The position numbers were made by a program, and so were the translations under genes. Shown piece by piece: positions 62,991-64,000 of a stretch of 64,000 nucleotides of DNA (position 1 is the stretch's first letter; each line of letters begins with the position of its first letter). Under the pieces are notes generated by a model, which saw only the letters and a program-made list of their open reading frames with translations, did not search any database and was not told the DNA's origin. The stretch is from Spongospora subterranea f. sp. subterranea (taxonomy: Eukaryota), in assembly GCA_049724395.1 (NCBI GenBank), contig JAUGWO010000005.1, positions 1 through 64,000 on the forward strand, written 5' to 3'.

Positions 62991-64000
62991 TTATTCAACT
63001 TTCTCCCTATCATGCATCAATAATTTCCTTGGTAGGCTATACAAAATTGTTCCGGCGAATACAAGGATAGCACCGATCCAATGAAACAACGTCAACGTAT
63101 TTCCCAAAAATACGACGCTAATCAAGAGTGAAACGAACTTCCTGATCGTGAGCGTAAACGTGCAGGTGAGCGTCGTAGAGAGACATGTGACGTCGTGTAC
63201 TCCTCGGACACAGATATATTGGGAAACTATGTTCCCAGCCAGTATTAAGGAATACGGTAGTGGGATATTCAGATAGGGGATGTATACATCAGTAGAACGA
63301 GTGATCAGTGCAGGCAATCGTGATATGATATCTGGAGCCAGAAACAAGAAAAAGGGTAAAGAAAAAAGGTGAGAATAAAACATGTTCTCTTGCGGATAGC
63401 GGCCGTATTGCTGATATCCCCATTCCTGCCAATGCCCGAGTATCGATGAGAGAATAAGAGAGATGAGCAACAGGGTAACACCCAACATCCATGGCAGAAT
63501 GCCCTTCCAATGATCAGTTCCTGGAGACCGGCCTGAATCAAGATGAACGCCTGGGGCATCACAGCAATTTGATTGCACAACACTATCCGCCAATGTAGCT
63601 ACAAGAACGCCTGTAGTTATTAGTAGACACGATATGATCTGATGTTTTGTGTATATCTGAGGAAGCCGTAAAAAAAAATGAAATACACTGCTGGCCTGTT
63701 CACATACTGTTTCTTGTAGACGAACAACCCCAATCCCATGCTCACGACTAATGAGCAGCTTCGGAATAGCATATGAAATGGAATTGAGATATTAAAAATG
63801 AAAACGACCTGAGTGAGAGAAGTTAGGCTAGTCGACGGCATGAACGGTAGATTACATTGTTGATTAACGAAACTATTACGAACACTGATGTTGTTTTGAA
63901 GAAGAAACCAATAGGAGACCGTCTTTCTTGAAGATATAGTGAGCCGTCTCGGTACTGCAAGTGAGTAATTAAACCAAACAAAGATATGAAAACAAATTGA
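62991..64000 (-). CDS. Nucleotide-sugar transporter (UAA family, SLC35B4/YEA4-like); 5' end outside the window
   Basis: ISIPFHMLFRSCSL, ENMFYSHLFSLPFF, QYICVRGV and LTIRKFVSLLIS. Confidence 0.9.

Overview
Compact, intron-rich eukaryotic DNA with short GT-AG introns and tiny intergenic gaps. A phytomyxid/plasmodiophorid-like protist is an inference from gene content and style, not proven. Recognisable genes include p23/Sba1, a secreted CBM18 (hevein) chitin-binding protein, a multi-EF-hand protein, a UBE3B/C-type HECT ligase, a Tctex-1 dynein light chain, a rolling-stone-like membrane protein, TAF1, NOM1/Sgd1, a head-to-head LEA-like pair, AAGAB/p34, an ankyrin-CaaX protein, a RAD51B-like paralog, a GSKIP-like gene and an SLC35B4-like transporter. 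The accessory DNA is dominated by inverted duplications at several scales. (i) An intact OTU-peptidase + pogo-type DDE transposase is fused tail-to-tail with an inverted, DDE-deleted copy, forming a 4.6 kb near-palindrome bounded by TA. (ii) Inverted arms of about 3.7 kb (41.9-45.7 kb vs 57.4-60.9 kb) are built from repeated units of a small F-box-like ORF plus captured RAD51B 5' fragments, each unit with its own internal inverted repeat. (iii) Three further 75-180 bp-arm hairpins lie in relic DNA. The leading hypothesis is a set of hairpin-RNA (Mu-killer-like) silencing loci. Exon boundaries were read by eye and many are approximate.
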